DNA of 64,000 nt from a virus: positions 1-64,000 of the IMG/VR virus record IMGVR_UViG_3300020172_003394; one strand, 5' to 3'. This document shows positions 20,147 to 29,475 of the stretch, piece after piece; the stretch's first letter is position 1, and every line of letters starts with the position of its first letter. The notes beneath the pieces are model-generated. The model did not search any database and was not told the origin of the DNA. It saw only the letters and a list, made by a program, of their open reading frames with translations. A program made the translations under genes and the position numbers.

Positions 20147-20175
20147 TTGACAAATCAATTCGGTCTTTTTATATT
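20147..20175 (+). promoter_or_regulatory. sigma70-type promoter TTGACA-17-TATATT for tmRNA
   Basis: consensus match; embedded in aagaccga/tcggtctt hairpin. Confidence 0.7.
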
Positions 20176-20203
20176 TAAGTGTAGATATGTATGATAGTTA
20201 CAC

Positions 20204-20555
20204 GGGCCCGCCTGGTTTCGACAGGATGTGGATGACTGAACTTTGTGTCCAGCTTGGTAAATCTGGTAAAACAGACCGAAAAATATTAACTGGCAACTAT
20301 AACAGTCCAGCCCTCGCCCTCGCTGCGTAAGCAGTAGAGCCGAAGGACCGAATATCTGACCCACATAAGGGTATTCGGAATCATTATGTGGTGTAGTGTT
20401 AGTGACGGTTCGTATCTAACACCAAACACTTCGATCCTATGTTCAATGTATGTTTGTTCCGTGTCACGCATTGAATGAAATCAAACAAGGAACTACACAC
20501 ATAAATGTTTAGTAGGAAGCAGTCTTGGACGAGGGTTCGACTCCCTCCGGGTCCA
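20204..20555 (+). ncRNA. ssrA: tmRNA; tag (A)GNYNSPALALAA* at 20292-20330
   Basis: GGGCCCG/CGGGTCC-A acceptor with G3:U wobble, TTCGAC near 5' end, T-arm gagggttcgactccctc, tag ending ALAA. Confidence 0.95.
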
Positions 20556-20584
20556 CTTAAATTGATGGTTGTGTTAATAATTTT

Positions 20585-20872
20585 ATGGAGACAGTAATGT
20601 ATGTGTTTAAAATTATTCAACGCATCTTCAATCGTATGTTCCCTCCGATGTCAGTAGAAACTACAACTTTATTGTTAGACGAAGCAGACACATTGATGAA
20701 GGACATTAAGAAAGCAAGAACGTTGGCAGAGTTGCTACGAGTTAAAACAGTACTACAAAAGTTTCGTGGTGCAGTAGAGTTAGCAGGTTCACCACGAGAA
20801 CCCAAACAAAAATTGGTTTTCTTGGAAGCGCAGTGGAACAAGCAATTTAGAATTTGGAAAACAAAAGGATAG
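20585..20872 (+). CDS. hypothetical protein
   Basis: ORF track; start may be 20597. Confidence 0.55.
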   Translation: METVMYVFKIIQRIFNRMFPPMSVETTTLLLDEADTLMKDIKKARTLAELLRVKTVLQKFRGAVELAGSPREPKQKLVFLEAQWNKQFRIWKTKG

Positions 20873-20875
20873 TTT

Positions 20876-21505
20876 ATGTTGATTCAGTCTAAGGTGTCCG
20901 ATGAAAAATATATTTGGATAAGGATACCAAGAACTGCATCAAAAACGTATGGTAAAATATTTTTTCCTGATGGTAATTACGAACACAGACACAATAACTA
21001 TTATCACGAAACTTACACTCACGGTGAAATAAACGCATTTTCTGTTGTCAGACATCCCTATACTAGATTTATATCTTCAATAAAGTATATGATAAAACAG
21101 CAGAACTTAAGAGGAAAACTTGATAGATTTAATTTCACACTACCATACGAAAACACAGAAGTTTTATGTGAGTTTTTTAACAACAACTTAGAAAAATTAA
21201 AAGATTGTTTTTCCAACACATCGTATCACGAAGTATTTAAAACCACAGACGTAAGTTTTGTAAAATTATTTTTTATACCACAACACCACTATGCAGGGTT
21301 TACACCAGTAAAAATTTTTAGATACGAATCACTAAATAATTTTAATGAATGGATTGAAACAACTTTGGGGTACGACACATCAAAAATAGAGGTGTTTAAC
21401 AGTTCAGCTGATGAGCTTCAACACATAGATTTTGAAAACCCAAAGTTGATAAGTATTGTACAACGGTTATTTGAAGAAGATTATAAATTTTTCGGTTATG
21501 TTTAA
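20876..21505 (+). CDS. sulfotransferase family 2-like protein
   Basis: IPRTAS PAPS loop, VRHPYTRFIS, FRYESL, EDY..FGY. Confidence 0.8.
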   Translation: MLIQSKVSDEKYIWIRIPRTASKTYGKIFFPDGNYEHRHNNYYHETYTHGEINAFSVVRHPYTRFISSIKYMIKQQNLRGKLDRFNFTLPYENTEVLCEFFNNNLEKLKDCFSNTSYHEVFKTTDVSFVKLFFIPQHHYAGFTPVKIFRYESLNNFNEWIETTLGYDTSKIEVFNSSADELQHIDFENPKLISIVQRLFEEDYKFFGYV

Positions 21506-21701
21506 CCTTAACTCAGGAGGCACTGTGAACGAAAATACTCAGGAAGGTATTATCGAAGGTACAGGACCACGACCAGGTGAAGAGCACTTACCAGCAGAAT
21601 TAAGAACGTATGGTATCATGGAGTCAAATGGATACAAGATTCTTACTGGTATGGGTATGCATGGTGGTGGTGGTATCACATCAGAAGGATTCGATTGACC
21701 G

Positions 21702-22127
21702 ATGTTGCGTAATTGGGTAGTTCAGTTTGGACACGCCCCGGGAATTCGCGCAGGAGATGAGAGACTTACACCAGCGGAACGAGGAAAGTACATAGACCAA
21801 ATCGGCCGATTTTATGGATGGAACCCTCCGCCAACTATGAGTTGGGTGGTGGAGATTACCAAAGATTTAAACGGTAAACACCCTGGAAGATATGTCGCTT
21901 GTTTTATGCGTTACGTAACAGATGATGAAGCAGAAAAACTTTTAGGTAATAGATATGATGATTATTCACATCTTAATCCACAATATGAACATCTTGCTGC
22001 AGAAATAGTAGCACAGCAGAATGGATGTGGTGCAAGTTGTGGAGTACCTGAAGTAGTAAACACAACTGAAGAACAATCTACGACTACTGAAGATATCTTT
22101 AGTTTATTAAACATCAAACAAATTTAA
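21702..22127 (+). CDS. hypothetical protein
   Basis: ORF track. Confidence 0.6.
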   Translation: MLRNWVVQFGHAPGIRAGDERLTPAERGKYIDQIGRFYGWNPPPTMSWVVEITKDLNGKHPGRYVACFMRYVTDDEAEKLLGNRYDDYSHLNPQYEHLAAEIVAQQNGCGASCGVPEVVNTTEEQSTTTEDIFSLLNIKQI

Positions 22128-22146
22128 TATACCCCACGAGGTTTGT

Positions 22147-22530
22147 ATGTTGAAGAAAAAAAAGGTTACAAAAAATATAACAAATAAGACAAAGAAAACG
22201 GTCGCAACAAACGCAGATAGTAGACTGAAATCATTGGAACGTAAAACTCTTATATGTAAAGAGTGTAATATTGTCACAGTTGTTGTTTCACACGACATCG
22301 GTGCAGTAGTCTGTGCATATTGTGTTCAACAGCAAGTTGGTCCACCGGAAAACAGTAAACCAAAGAATCCCGGTGAAAAGTTTCCCCGTGGGTGGCATTT
22401 TAAACAACGATATGTACACACCGATGGTCGTGTGTTTTGTAAAGGTGTAGAAACTAGTGAGACGGATACACCACCATCAACAAAGAAAAAGATTGTCGAG
22501 AAAAAGACAATCAAAAAGAAGAGGAAATAA
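22147..22530 (+). CDS. Lys-rich zinc-finger-like protein
   Basis: CKEC...CAYC; PRGWHF...VHTDGRVF. Confidence 0.65.
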   Translation: MLKKKKVTKNITNKTKKTVATNADSRLKSLERKTLICKECNIVTVVVSHDIGAVVCAYCVQQQVGPPENSKPKNPGEKFPRGWHFKQRYVHTDGRVFCKGVETSETDTPPSTKKKIVEKKTIKKKRK

Positions 22531-22865
22531 TGCTAAATTTACCACCGAAACCATTTCCAGTAATACAAAAGTTTTTGCATGAAAATAAGTTAACTGTTTA
22601 CAAATATCTTGTAAAACAAATACGGAAAGGTATTCGGGAAGATTTAGAAAAAGTAGAATTGTTTCAAATTAATACTATTCATAGTAGTCAAAAACATACT
22701 GCAATAATTAAACAAAAAGATTACGAAGTGGTTCTACAAGATGCTATGCAGTACGCGGTTAACGAAGAAGATTATGAAACAGCGGCAAAAGTTAGGGATA
22801 CTCTACAGTTATATAAATACAAAAATATCAATAAACTATTAAATGATATCAAATCCGAGGAGTAA
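22530..22865 (+). CDS. UVR (UvrB/C) motif protein
   Basis: AVNEEDYETAAKVRD. Confidence 0.7.
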   Translation: MLNLPPKPFPVIQKFLHENKLTVYKYLVKQIRKGIREDLEKVELFQINTIHSSQKHTAIIKQKDYEVVLQDAMQYAVNEEDYETAAKVRDTLQLYKYKNINKLLNDIKSEE

Positions 22866-22868
22866 TTT

Positions 22869-23402
22869 ATGGTTATGGCGTTAGATTCGACTAAATGTGT
22901 TGTTCTGAATGCCACGTATGAGCCCATAACAGTCGTGACTTCGAAGCGAGCACTATTGTTATTTTTAGAAGGAAAAGCTATCATAGTCGAGGAACATCCA
23001 GAGCTTGTGGTACGGTCACCAAGACAGACATTCCCTGTACCGTTGATGATTGCGTTAGTACGCTATATCAAGGGCCGCCGTGTATTTAAGACACCAGCTT
23101 TACTCACACAGAAAAACCTATTTGTTCGTGATGCATATACTTGCCAATATTGTAATCGGCATAAAAGTGCGTTCCGTCCTAGTGAATTTTTAACTCGTGA
23201 CCACGTACATCCTGTTGCAAAGGGTGGTCAAGACAAGTGGGAAAATGTAGTCACAAGTTGTAGTACGTGTAATAATAAAAAAGCAGATAAGTTATTAGAG
23301 ATGACTACAATGAAACTAGCAAAATTACCTGTCACCCCCACTATTTTTGAGTTGTGGACAAAGCAACAGGCACGAACTAACAGAGTAATAATGGTTGCAT
23401 AA
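22869..23402 (+). CDS. HNH endonuclease (McrA-like)
   Basis: LNATYEP, RDAYTCQYC, DHVHP..KGG..WENVVTSCSTCNNKK. Confidence 0.9.
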   Translation: MVMALDSTKCVVLNATYEPITVVTSKRALLLFLEGKAIIVEEHPELVVRSPRQTFPVPLMIALVRYIKGRRVFKTPALLTQKNLFVRDAYTCQYCNRHKSAFRPSEFLTRDHVHPVAKGGQDKWENVVTSCSTCNNKKADKLLEMTTMKLAKLPVTPTIFELWTKQQARTNRVIMVA

Positions 23403-23404
23403 CT

Positions 23405-24100
23405 ATGCTGATAACATCTAAAATTGATGGTAAAAAATGGTTATGGGTCAACGTTCCCAAAACTGCTTCGACCGCAGTTATGAGAACGTTTTTCCCATCT
23501 ATGCAAGTAAATGACCAACAACATCAAACATACAATCACCTTATAGAAATGTATGGTGAGTTAGATGCATTTACTACAATACGAAATCCTATAACACGAT
23601 TTAAATCTGCATTAAATCATACGTTAAATGTATGTGCGTGTGGTAAATGTAAAATAGTAGATGGTCCCGTAGATAAATTAGATGTCATACGTTTTTTAGG
23701 TGACATGCTAAAATTAAAAGGTAGTCGTAAAGACTTTTTTCGAGCAGTATATATGAACGGATTAAGTAATTACGAAATGAATGTAGCAAATAGCATGAAC
23801 GAACGATTTAATAAATACTTGATACCAAATGGTATAATGTGTCTACGAATCCCAGCTTATGTTTCACAAACTTTTATATTAGAAGGACCGCAAGAAAAAC
23901 TTCGTATATTTAGGTATGAAAACCTACAAGAATTGTCGGGATTCATTAAGAACACATTAGGATACGATATGGATAATACTTTATATCGAAAATATCCTAA
24001 TAAATTGGGGGTTGACTTTTATGACCCTACCCTGTTAGATTTAGTCCACGAGCTATATTATGAAGATTTCACTAACTTTAACTACGGAAAACGGTTATGA
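23405..24100 (+). CDS. sulfotransferase family 2-like protein (paralog of 20876)
   Basis: VPKTAS, IRNPITRFKS, FRYENL, YEDF..FNY. Confidence 0.8.
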   Translation: MLITSKIDGKKWLWVNVPKTASTAVMRTFFPSMQVNDQQHQTYNHLIEMYGELDAFTTIRNPITRFKSALNHTLNVCACGKCKIVDGPVDKLDVIRFLGDMLKLKGSRKDFFRAVYMNGLSNYEMNVANSMNERFNKYLIPNGIMCLRIPAYVSQTFILEGPQEKLRIFRYENLQELSGFIKNTLGYDMDNTLYRKYPNKLGVDFYDPTLLDLVHELYYEDFTNFNYGKRL

Positions 24101-24720
24101 TTGATTATGAAGAGAAGGCAAAAAAGAACTTAGAGAAGTTCAACGCATTTCTTGCTGAAGATCCTCGTGTTGAAAAGTTGAATGAGATGTATGAGGTGTT
24201 CGGTGAGCAGTTGCTTTCCGCACCCGCATCTGGTAAGATTCATTACCACAACGCATTTCCTGGTGGGTATCTTGACCACGTAGTACACGTTGCGGAAACC
24301 TCTATGAAGGTGGCAACCGTGTACAAGGCTATCGGTGGGCAGATTGACTTTACTAAGCAGGAGATGATTTTTACGGCTCTTCATCACGACTTGGGTAAGT
24401 TGGGTAATGAGGCTGGTGCCTACTACCTTGACCAAGACAGTGATTGGCATCGTAAACGTGGTGAGATGTACACGTATAACGACAATATTCAGTTTATGAC
24501 GGTCACGGATAGAGCACTGTATCTTTTACAAAAGTTTGATATCAAGATTACAGAGAAGGAGTGGCTAGCAATCAAGATGTCAGATGGTTTATATGACGAA
24601 GGAAACAAACCATACTACAAGCCGTATCAGAAGTATGCGATGAAAACGAATCTTCCGTATGTTATCCACTGGTCAGACCATATGGCTTGTACTGCGGAAC
24701 GTGACGAAGGGATGTTCTAG
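24097..24720 (+). CDS. HD-domain phosphohydrolase (YhaM-like)
   Basis: APAS...HNAFPGGYLDH, LHHDLGK, HWSD. Confidence 0.85.
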   Translation: MIDYEEKAKKNLEKFNAFLAEDPRVEKLNEMYEVFGEQLLSAPASGKIHYHNAFPGGYLDHVVHVAETSMKVATVYKAIGGQIDFTKQEMIFTALHHDLGKLGNEAGAYYLDQDSDWHRKRGEMYTYNDNIQFMTVTDRALYLLQKFDIKITEKEWLAIKMSDGLYDEGNKPYYKPYQKYAMKTNLPYVIHWSDHMACTAERDEGMF

Positions 24721-24728
24721 TAGTTGAT

Positions 24729-24810
24729 GCACTCGTGGCGTAATTGGAAGCCGCGCAGGTCTTAGGAACCTGTGCCGTAAGGCGTGTGGGTTCGACCCCC
24801 ACCGAGTGCA
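24729..24810 (+). tRNA. tRNA-Leu(UAG)
   Basis: cloverleaf, caggt-cttagga-acctg, long V arm. Confidence 0.93.
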
Positions 24811-24945
24811 TTTATGACGATACTCAAATGTAAAAACTGTGGAGAAACCCAAAATCTACATACCAACTACGCGTATCATTTACCCGATACGCCTGTAGAA
24901 AGTATTTTGTGTAATGAATGTGGGGAGATTACCGAAGTAACGCAT

Positions 24946-25021
24946 GGTGATAGAAGCTTAACTAGCATAAGCACCGGCTTGTGGCGCCGGGGACAGCGGG
25001 GGCAGCACCCGTCTATCACCC
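24946..25021 (+). tRNA. atypical tRNA-His(GUG)
   Basis: ccggc-ttgtggc-gccgg arm, G-1; D loop lacks GG; T loop GGCAGCA. Confidence 0.75.
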
Positions 25022-25059
25022 TGTGGTAAATACGCGGGTTCAAGTCCCGTCATTCACCC
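25022..25059 (+). pseudogene. 3' half relic of a canonical tRNA-His
   Basis: gcgggttcaagtcccgtcattcaccc T-arm and acceptor with no 5' partner. Confidence 0.6.
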
Positions 25060-25115
25060 TAGTACGCCCCTATAGTTCAATTGAAAGCGCATGAATTTAA
25101 GAGTATTAATAAGTT

Positions 25116-25190
25116 GGATGAGTGGCAGAGAGGTCCAATGCAAGAGTCTGCAAAACTCTAAAGCCGCCGGTTCGAATCCGGCCTCGTCCT
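25116..25190 (+). tRNA. tRNA-Cys(GCA)
   Basis: agagt-ctgcaaa-actct; U73. Confidence 0.92.
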
Positions 25191-25265
25191 TGCCGAATTT
25201 GATTCGGCTGTTTCAGAAATATAACACTCTGTTATATTCAACACTCGTATAGTTAGGAGTATTCT

Positions 25266-26381
25266 ATGAAAAAACTTATGTTAGCAACGCTGTTATTTAG
25301 TGTTGTTGCATGTGATACTTCAACTGAACCTTCGCCAACACCCGTAGCAACACAGGTTGCTATTTCTCCGGCGGCAGGACAAGTTGAAGTGGGTCGCACG
25401 GCTACACTCACAGCAACAGTATCAGACCAACTGGGTCGCCCCCTTACTTCACCTGTTACTTGGAGTTCTTTGAACCCTACAGTAGCAACGGTTTCATCCG
25501 CAGGTGTCATCACGGGGGTTGCACGTGGACAAGCATCAATTCGTGCAACATCGGGAGATGTGCAAGCAACAGTAACGGTATTCGTTATTGACCCAACGGT
25601 GGCAACAGTCACCATCACAGGTGCACCCACATCTACGTTTTTTGTGGGACAAACCTTCCAAGCAACAGCAACAGCACGTGATGCTTCAAACAATGTTTTA
25701 ACATCATTTGTGACCACTTGGACATCAGGTACGCCTGCAGTAGCAACCGTTTCACCGTCAGGATTGGTTACTGCTGTTTCCGCAGGAACATCAATCATCA
25801 CTATTTCGGTGGGTGGAAGAACATCAACAATTACTGTGACAGTTTCATTAGTCCCTGTGAATACTGTAACATTGTCATTGCCGTCACCTGCACGAGTAGG
25901 TCGAGATGTAGCGATTACGTCTGTGCTACGTAATGCAACAGGAGCAACACTAACATCAGCACAACGAAATTTTGTGTGGGCAAGCACAGACACAACGGTT
26001 GCCACTGTTTCTTCTGCTGGTGTTGTTCGCGGTGTTTCTGTGGGCAATACCACCATCACTGCAATTGTTGAAGGAAAGGTGGGTATTCTTTCTGTATCAG
26101 TAACCGAAGTTGCAATTGACCGTATTGTTGTCACACCTGATAGTGCCAATGTTAAGGTTGGCGCAACTAGACAATACGTTGCTCAAGCGTTTGACGCAGA
26201 TAGTGTTTCACTTTCTACGGCAGCACTAAATAGTCGTGTGTTCACATGGACGAGTAGCAACACAGTCAAGTTTGTTGTATCTAATTCAGGACTTGTTACT
26301 GGTGTGGCAGTTGGCTCGGAAACCGTAACAGCAACAATTGGCAATAAATCCGGGACATCACAAGTTATTATCGTCCCATAA
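25266..26381 (+). CDS. lipoprotein with four bacterial Ig-like (Big_2) repeats
   Basis: lipobox VVAC; repeated TWSS..P.VATVS..G.VTGV..G. Confidence 0.9.
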   Translation: MKKLMLATLLFSVVACDTSTEPSPTPVATQVAISPAAGQVEVGRTATLTATVSDQLGRPLTSPVTWSSLNPTVATVSSAGVITGVARGQASIRATSGDVQATVTVFVIDPTVATVTITGAPTSTFFVGQTFQATATARDASNNVLTSFVTTWTSGTPAVATVSPSGLVTAVSAGTSIITISVGGRTSTITVTVSLVPVNTVTLSLPSPARVGRDVAITSVLRNATGATLTSAQRNFVWASTDTTVATVSSAGVVRGVSVGNTTITAIVEGKVGILSVSVTEVAIDRIVVTPDSANVKVGATRQYVAQAFDADSVSLSTAALNSRVFTWTSSNTVKFVVSNSGLVTGVAVGSETVTATIGNKSGTSQVIIVP

Positions 26382-26395
26382 CATTTATACAAGTA

Positions 26396-26526
26396 GTTTC
26401 AGGGGGTGTGTTGGTATGAGAAAGTCTATGAATATTGAAAAGATTTTAAAATACATCAATCAACACCCCCTGAAAGCTGTGTGTATTTGTGAGAAAACTC
26501 AGACGGAAACCTCGGAAAGAGATACC
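26396..26526 (+). ncRNA. candidate structured RNA / inverted-repeat element
   Basis: tttcagggggtgt/acaccccctgaaa 13-bp inverted repeat followed by small hairpins, abutting tRNA-Thr. Confidence 0.35.
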
Positions 26527-26607
26527 GCTACCTTCGCATAGTGGGATTGCACTTTCTTGGTAAGAAAGAGCCGTAAGGCAGAGTGAGTTCGATTCTCACA
26601 GGTAGCT
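26527..26607 (+). tRNA. tRNA-Thr(GGU) with long variable arm
   Basis: gctacct/aggtagc; ctttc-ttggtaa-gaaag; V arm gcc-gtaa-ggc. Confidence 0.85.
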
Positions 26608-26614
26608 TTACACT

Positions 26615-26686
26615 GCCCTGATAGTGTAATGGAGAGCACGATTGTCTTCGGAACAATTAGTAAAAGTTCGAATCTTTTTCGGGGCA
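26615..26686 (+). tRNA. tRNA-Arg(UCG)
   Basis: attgt-cttcgga-acaat. Confidence 0.88.
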
Positions 26687-26691
26687 CTTAT

Positions 26692-26765
26692 ACCCTCGTA
26701 GCTCAGCTGGATAGAGCATCAGACTTCTAATCTGAGGGTCAGAGGTTCGAATCCTCTCGGGGGTG
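26692..26765 (+). tRNA. tRNA-Arg(UCU)
   Basis: tcaga-cttctaa-tctga. Confidence 0.95.
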
Positions 26766-26769
26766 TTTT

Positions 26770-26856
26770 GGTGCGGTGGTAGAGAGGTTGAATGCACGGG
26801 ATTGCAAATCCTGCTAGTGGAAACACTACACGCCGGTTCGAATCCGGCCCGCACCT
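26770..26856 (+). tRNA. tRNA-Cys(GCA) with long variable arm
   Basis: ggtgcgg/ccgcacc-U; cggga-ttgcaaa-tcctg; V arm tagtg-gaaa-cacta. Confidence 0.87.
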
Positions 26857-26872
26857 CTAACAAGGAGAAAAT

Positions 26873-27478
26873 ATGTCGTTTCGGATAACAACACGAGTAC
26901 ATAGTGTAAAAAAAGATATACTACCATTTGCATACGTGGATGATATTTTTACTCCAGAAGAGTTGCAACGGGTCGTTGATTACTGTGATAATTTACAATT
27001 GATAGATGCTACGATTGGGCAAGGAAAATTAGCACCACAATATAGAAAATCAAAAGTTAATCAATTTAAGGTGAATAAAGAAAACGAGTGGATATTTGAA
27101 AGGTTGCAAATAGCCACCGAATATATGAATAATGAGTTTTTTAGATTTGATTTAATTGGGTTCGACCAAATACAGTATACTGAGTATAGAGATGACAACA
27201 ACCTATATGATTTTCACGTAGACTGCTATATGGGACACGATGTTCCATTAGATCATTCATATCCAAGAAAGCTTTCATTCAGCTTAATACTTTCTGACAA
27301 TACCGAATACACGGGTGGTAAATTTGAAGTGATGTACTCCAAAGTACCGGAAGAAGTAACACAAAAAAAAGGCAGACTTCTAGCATTTCCGTCTCATATG
27401 TTGCATAGAGTTACACCTGTAATAAAAGGAACTAGAAAATCTCTTGTGTTTTGGGTGATAGGACCAAAGTTCAAATAG
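26873..27478 (+). CDS. 2OG-Fe(II) oxygenase (PKHD/P4H-like)
   Basis: FHVD, RKLSFS, YTGG, FPS..LHRVTPV.KGTRKSLVFW. Confidence 0.9.
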   Translation: MSFRITTRVHSVKKDILPFAYVDDIFTPEELQRVVDYCDNLQLIDATIGQGKLAPQYRKSKVNQFKVNKENEWIFERLQIATEYMNNEFFRFDLIGFDQIQYTEYRDDNNLYDFHVDCYMGHDVPLDHSYPRKLSFSLILSDNTEYTGGKFEVMYSKVPEEVTQKKGRLLAFPSHMLHRVTPVIKGTRKSLVFWVIGPKFK

Positions 27479-27696
27479 GAATACTATATGAAAAAAATAA
27501 ATATTGAAGTTATCAAAAATATAATATCGATTATAATCGCATATGGTGCACTAATTATTGTAGCCGCGGTATTACTTTTTACTGCAATAAATAAAACAAC
27601 TAACGACAGCAAAGAACATGACAGTAAAACGCAAGTAGAAAATACGGTGTTGGAAAGTGGTAACATTGAGAATGCTATAAAAACCAATCAATACTG

Positions 27697-27978
27697 ATGA
27701 AAAAAATTTTATTTACAAAACCAATTACACTATCCGAAACTGCAGAACACAGAGTCCATACACGTAAGTGGTGGGCAATTCTTATCTTGATTATTGGTGG
27801 TCTTTTATTGGCAGGACGAGCACCAGTTCCGATGTCGTTAAGTTATACTCTTTTGTTCTTTGGCCACGCAGGAATGTTGCATAGTTTTTGGGAAAAACGG
27901 GATTACCCTATGGTTATCGTCAATCTTGTTTGGCTTGGTGTTGATGCCTTGGGGTTCATACGATGGTGGAATATGTAG
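27697..27978 (+). CDS. small multi-TM membrane protein
   Basis: three hydrophobic segments. Confidence 0.65.
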   Translation: MKKILFTKPITLSETAEHRVHTRKWWAILILIIGGLLLAGRAPVPMSLSYTLLFFGHAGMLHSFWEKRDYPMVIVNLVWLGVDALGFIRWWNM

Positions 27979-28160
27979 TCAAATCTCCATGCATAAAAGT
28001 ATGTAAATTACATAAAAATTCATGCATAGGGTGTCATAGGACTGTAGAAGAAATCAAAAAATGGAATAAATATTCAAACTTGACAAAAGTTTGGGTATGG
28101 GTTAAATTATATATAAGACGATATGACCAGAACTTGTGGAACCTGTACAAAATGTTGTGA
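27963..28160 (+). CDS. DUF1289-like Cys-rich protein
   Basis: SPCIKVC......CIGCHRT.EEI..W. Confidence 0.8.
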   Translation: MVEYVVKSPCIKVCKLHKNSCIGCHRTVEEIKKWNKYSNLTKVWVWVKLYIRRYDQNLWNLYKML

Positions 28161-28542
28161 TGGGTGGTTATCTGTTGAAGTATACGGTAATAAAGTAAAT
28201 GTTGGCAATCCGTGTATCTTCAAAAAAGAAAGTTGTGGATGCTCTATATATCAAGACAGACCTATCACATGTAAAGAATTTTTGTGTGGGTGGATCAGAG
28301 ATGATGGTACGCTGTTTGAAGAATGGATGAAACCAGATGTAGTTAATTTTATTCTAGTGTACTATAAAGTAGAAGAACTTAATTGGTATAAATTAGTTCA
28401 AGCAGGTGAAGATATAAACACGTTGATGTTAAGTTACGTTATACAAAAAGCACTTCGACAAAATATTAATTTGGAATACTGGATCGGTAATACACAATTT
28501 TTAATTGGGTCGGAAGAGTTTAAAAAATACGTAAAGCATTAG
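28123..28542 (+). CDS. YkgJ-like CxxCxxCC metal-cluster protein
   Basis: CGTCTKCC...C.....GCSIYQDRP..C..F.C. Confidence 0.8.
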   Translation: MTRTCGTCTKCCDGWLSVEVYGNKVNVGNPCIFKKESCGCSIYQDRPITCKEFLCGWIRDDGTLFEEWMKPDVVNFILVYYKVEELNWYKLVQAGEDINTLMLSYVIQKALRQNINLEYWIGNTQFLIGSEEFKKYVKH

Positions 28543-28544
28543 TC

Positions 28545-28618
28545 GGCAGGGTAGCTCAGTTGGTGAGAGCGCACGACTCATAATCGTGAGGTCGAGGGTT
28601 CGAATCCCTCCCCCGCTA
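28545..28618 (+). tRNA. tRNA-Met(CAU), elongator type
   Basis: cacga-ctcataa-tcgtg; no 3xGC initiator stem. Confidence 0.88.
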
Positions 28619-28622
28619 TCAA

Positions 28623-28704
28623 GGGAGTGTTGCAGAGCGGCCAAATGCAGTTGACTGTAAATCAACCGTCTTAGACTTCGGTGGTTCGAATCCACCCGCT
28701 CCCA
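28623..28704 (+). tRNA. tRNA-Tyr(GUA)
   Basis: gttga-ctgtaaa-tcaac, V arm. Confidence 0.95.
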
Positions 28705-28707
28705 TAT

Positions 28708-28781
28708 AGGCGCGTAGCTCAGGTGGTTAGAGCACTGACCTGATAAGTCAGGGGTCGCTGGTTCAACTCCAGCCGTGCCTA
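28708..28781 (+). tRNA. tRNA-Ile(GAU)
   Basis: ctgac-ctgataa-gtcag. Confidence 0.95.
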
Positions 28782-28786
28782 TTTTA

Positions 28787-28858
28787 GCCCCGATAGCTCA
28801 ATGGTAGAGCATGTGACTCTTAATCACCAGGTTGTAGGTTCGAGTCCTACTCGGGGCA
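28787..28858 (+). tRNA. tRNA-Lys(CUU)
   Basis: gtga-ctcttaa-tcac. Confidence 0.93.
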
Positions 28859-28861
28859 TAC

Positions 28862-28934
28862 GCCAAGATAGCTCAGTTGGTAGAGCAGCGGACTGAAGCT
28901 CCGCGTGTCGGGGGTTCGACTCCCTCTCTTGGCA
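28862..28934 (+). tRNA. tRNA-Phe(GAA) with G37
   Basis: gcgga-ctgaagc-tccgc. Confidence 0.93.
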
Positions 28935-28940
28935 CTAAGG

Positions 28941-29312
28941 TTAAAGTGGTAATTCAGTAAGATTATTCTCTCGGTCTAAATACTTCATTTCGACCTTAAC
29001 AGGATTAAATTCCTGAATGGCATTTACCACAAGTTGTGGGTCAAGTGTACCGCAGGTATATACATCAAGTTGTAATAAACCAGGTGAGACTTCATCCCAC
29101 ACGTGAAGTGCGATGTGACTTGTTTCGATGATGGCAACAGCAGTAAGACCACGATTACCAGCGACATCAAGATAGTTCGCAAATGGTCCCATCATAACTT
29201 TCATACCAATGGAAGAAATAAGTGTTTCCATCCAATGTATTGTAGTTTGTTTGTCTGTTGGTGGATTGGTGACTTCGGCACGAACGATAAGATGTTTATG
29301 AACGAGTGGCAT
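28941..29312 (-). CDS. speD: S-adenosylmethionine decarboxylase proenzyme
   Basis: HKHLI, GLTAVAIIETSHIALHVW, LDVYTCG (pyruvoyl-forming Ser site). Confidence 0.88.
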   Translation of the reverse strand: MPLVHKHLIVRAEVTNPPTDKQTTIHWMETLISSIGMKVMMGPFANYLDVAGNRGLTAVAIIETSHIALHVWDEVSPGLLQLDVYTCGTLDPQLVVNAIQEFNPVKVEMKYLDRENNLTELPL

Positions 29313-29429
29313 ATTACATATCCTTTGTTATAATGTTGTTAGTAAATATATAAGTATTAACGGTATATAAGGAAAATTATAATGAAAGCAGCAGTTATTA
29401 CATTTTTAATAATAGCTATTAGTATAAGC

Positions 29430-29458
29430 TTGACAACCGCGTGGATAGCTATTATATT
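29430..29458 (+). promoter_or_regulatory. sigma70-type promoter TTGACA-17-TATATT
   Basis: consensus match upstream of tRNA-Trp. Confidence 0.75.
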
Positions 29459-29475
29459 AGAAAGGGACGAGTTTT

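Noticed and set aside
22869-23402. Homing endonuclease within an intron
   Set aside because: Flanking genes are uninterrupted and the protein is McrA-like; no intron structure seen
25253-26149. Long minus-strand ORF, and similar ones at 5534, 53962, 54688, 57243 and 58419
   Set aside because: Antisense shadows of Thr/Val/Ala-rich plus-strand genes; no SD or recognisable motifs
26770-26856. tRNA-Sec or 8/4-9/3 allo-tRNA
   Set aside because: The anticodon is GCA and the fold is a standard 7/5; only the variable arm is unusual
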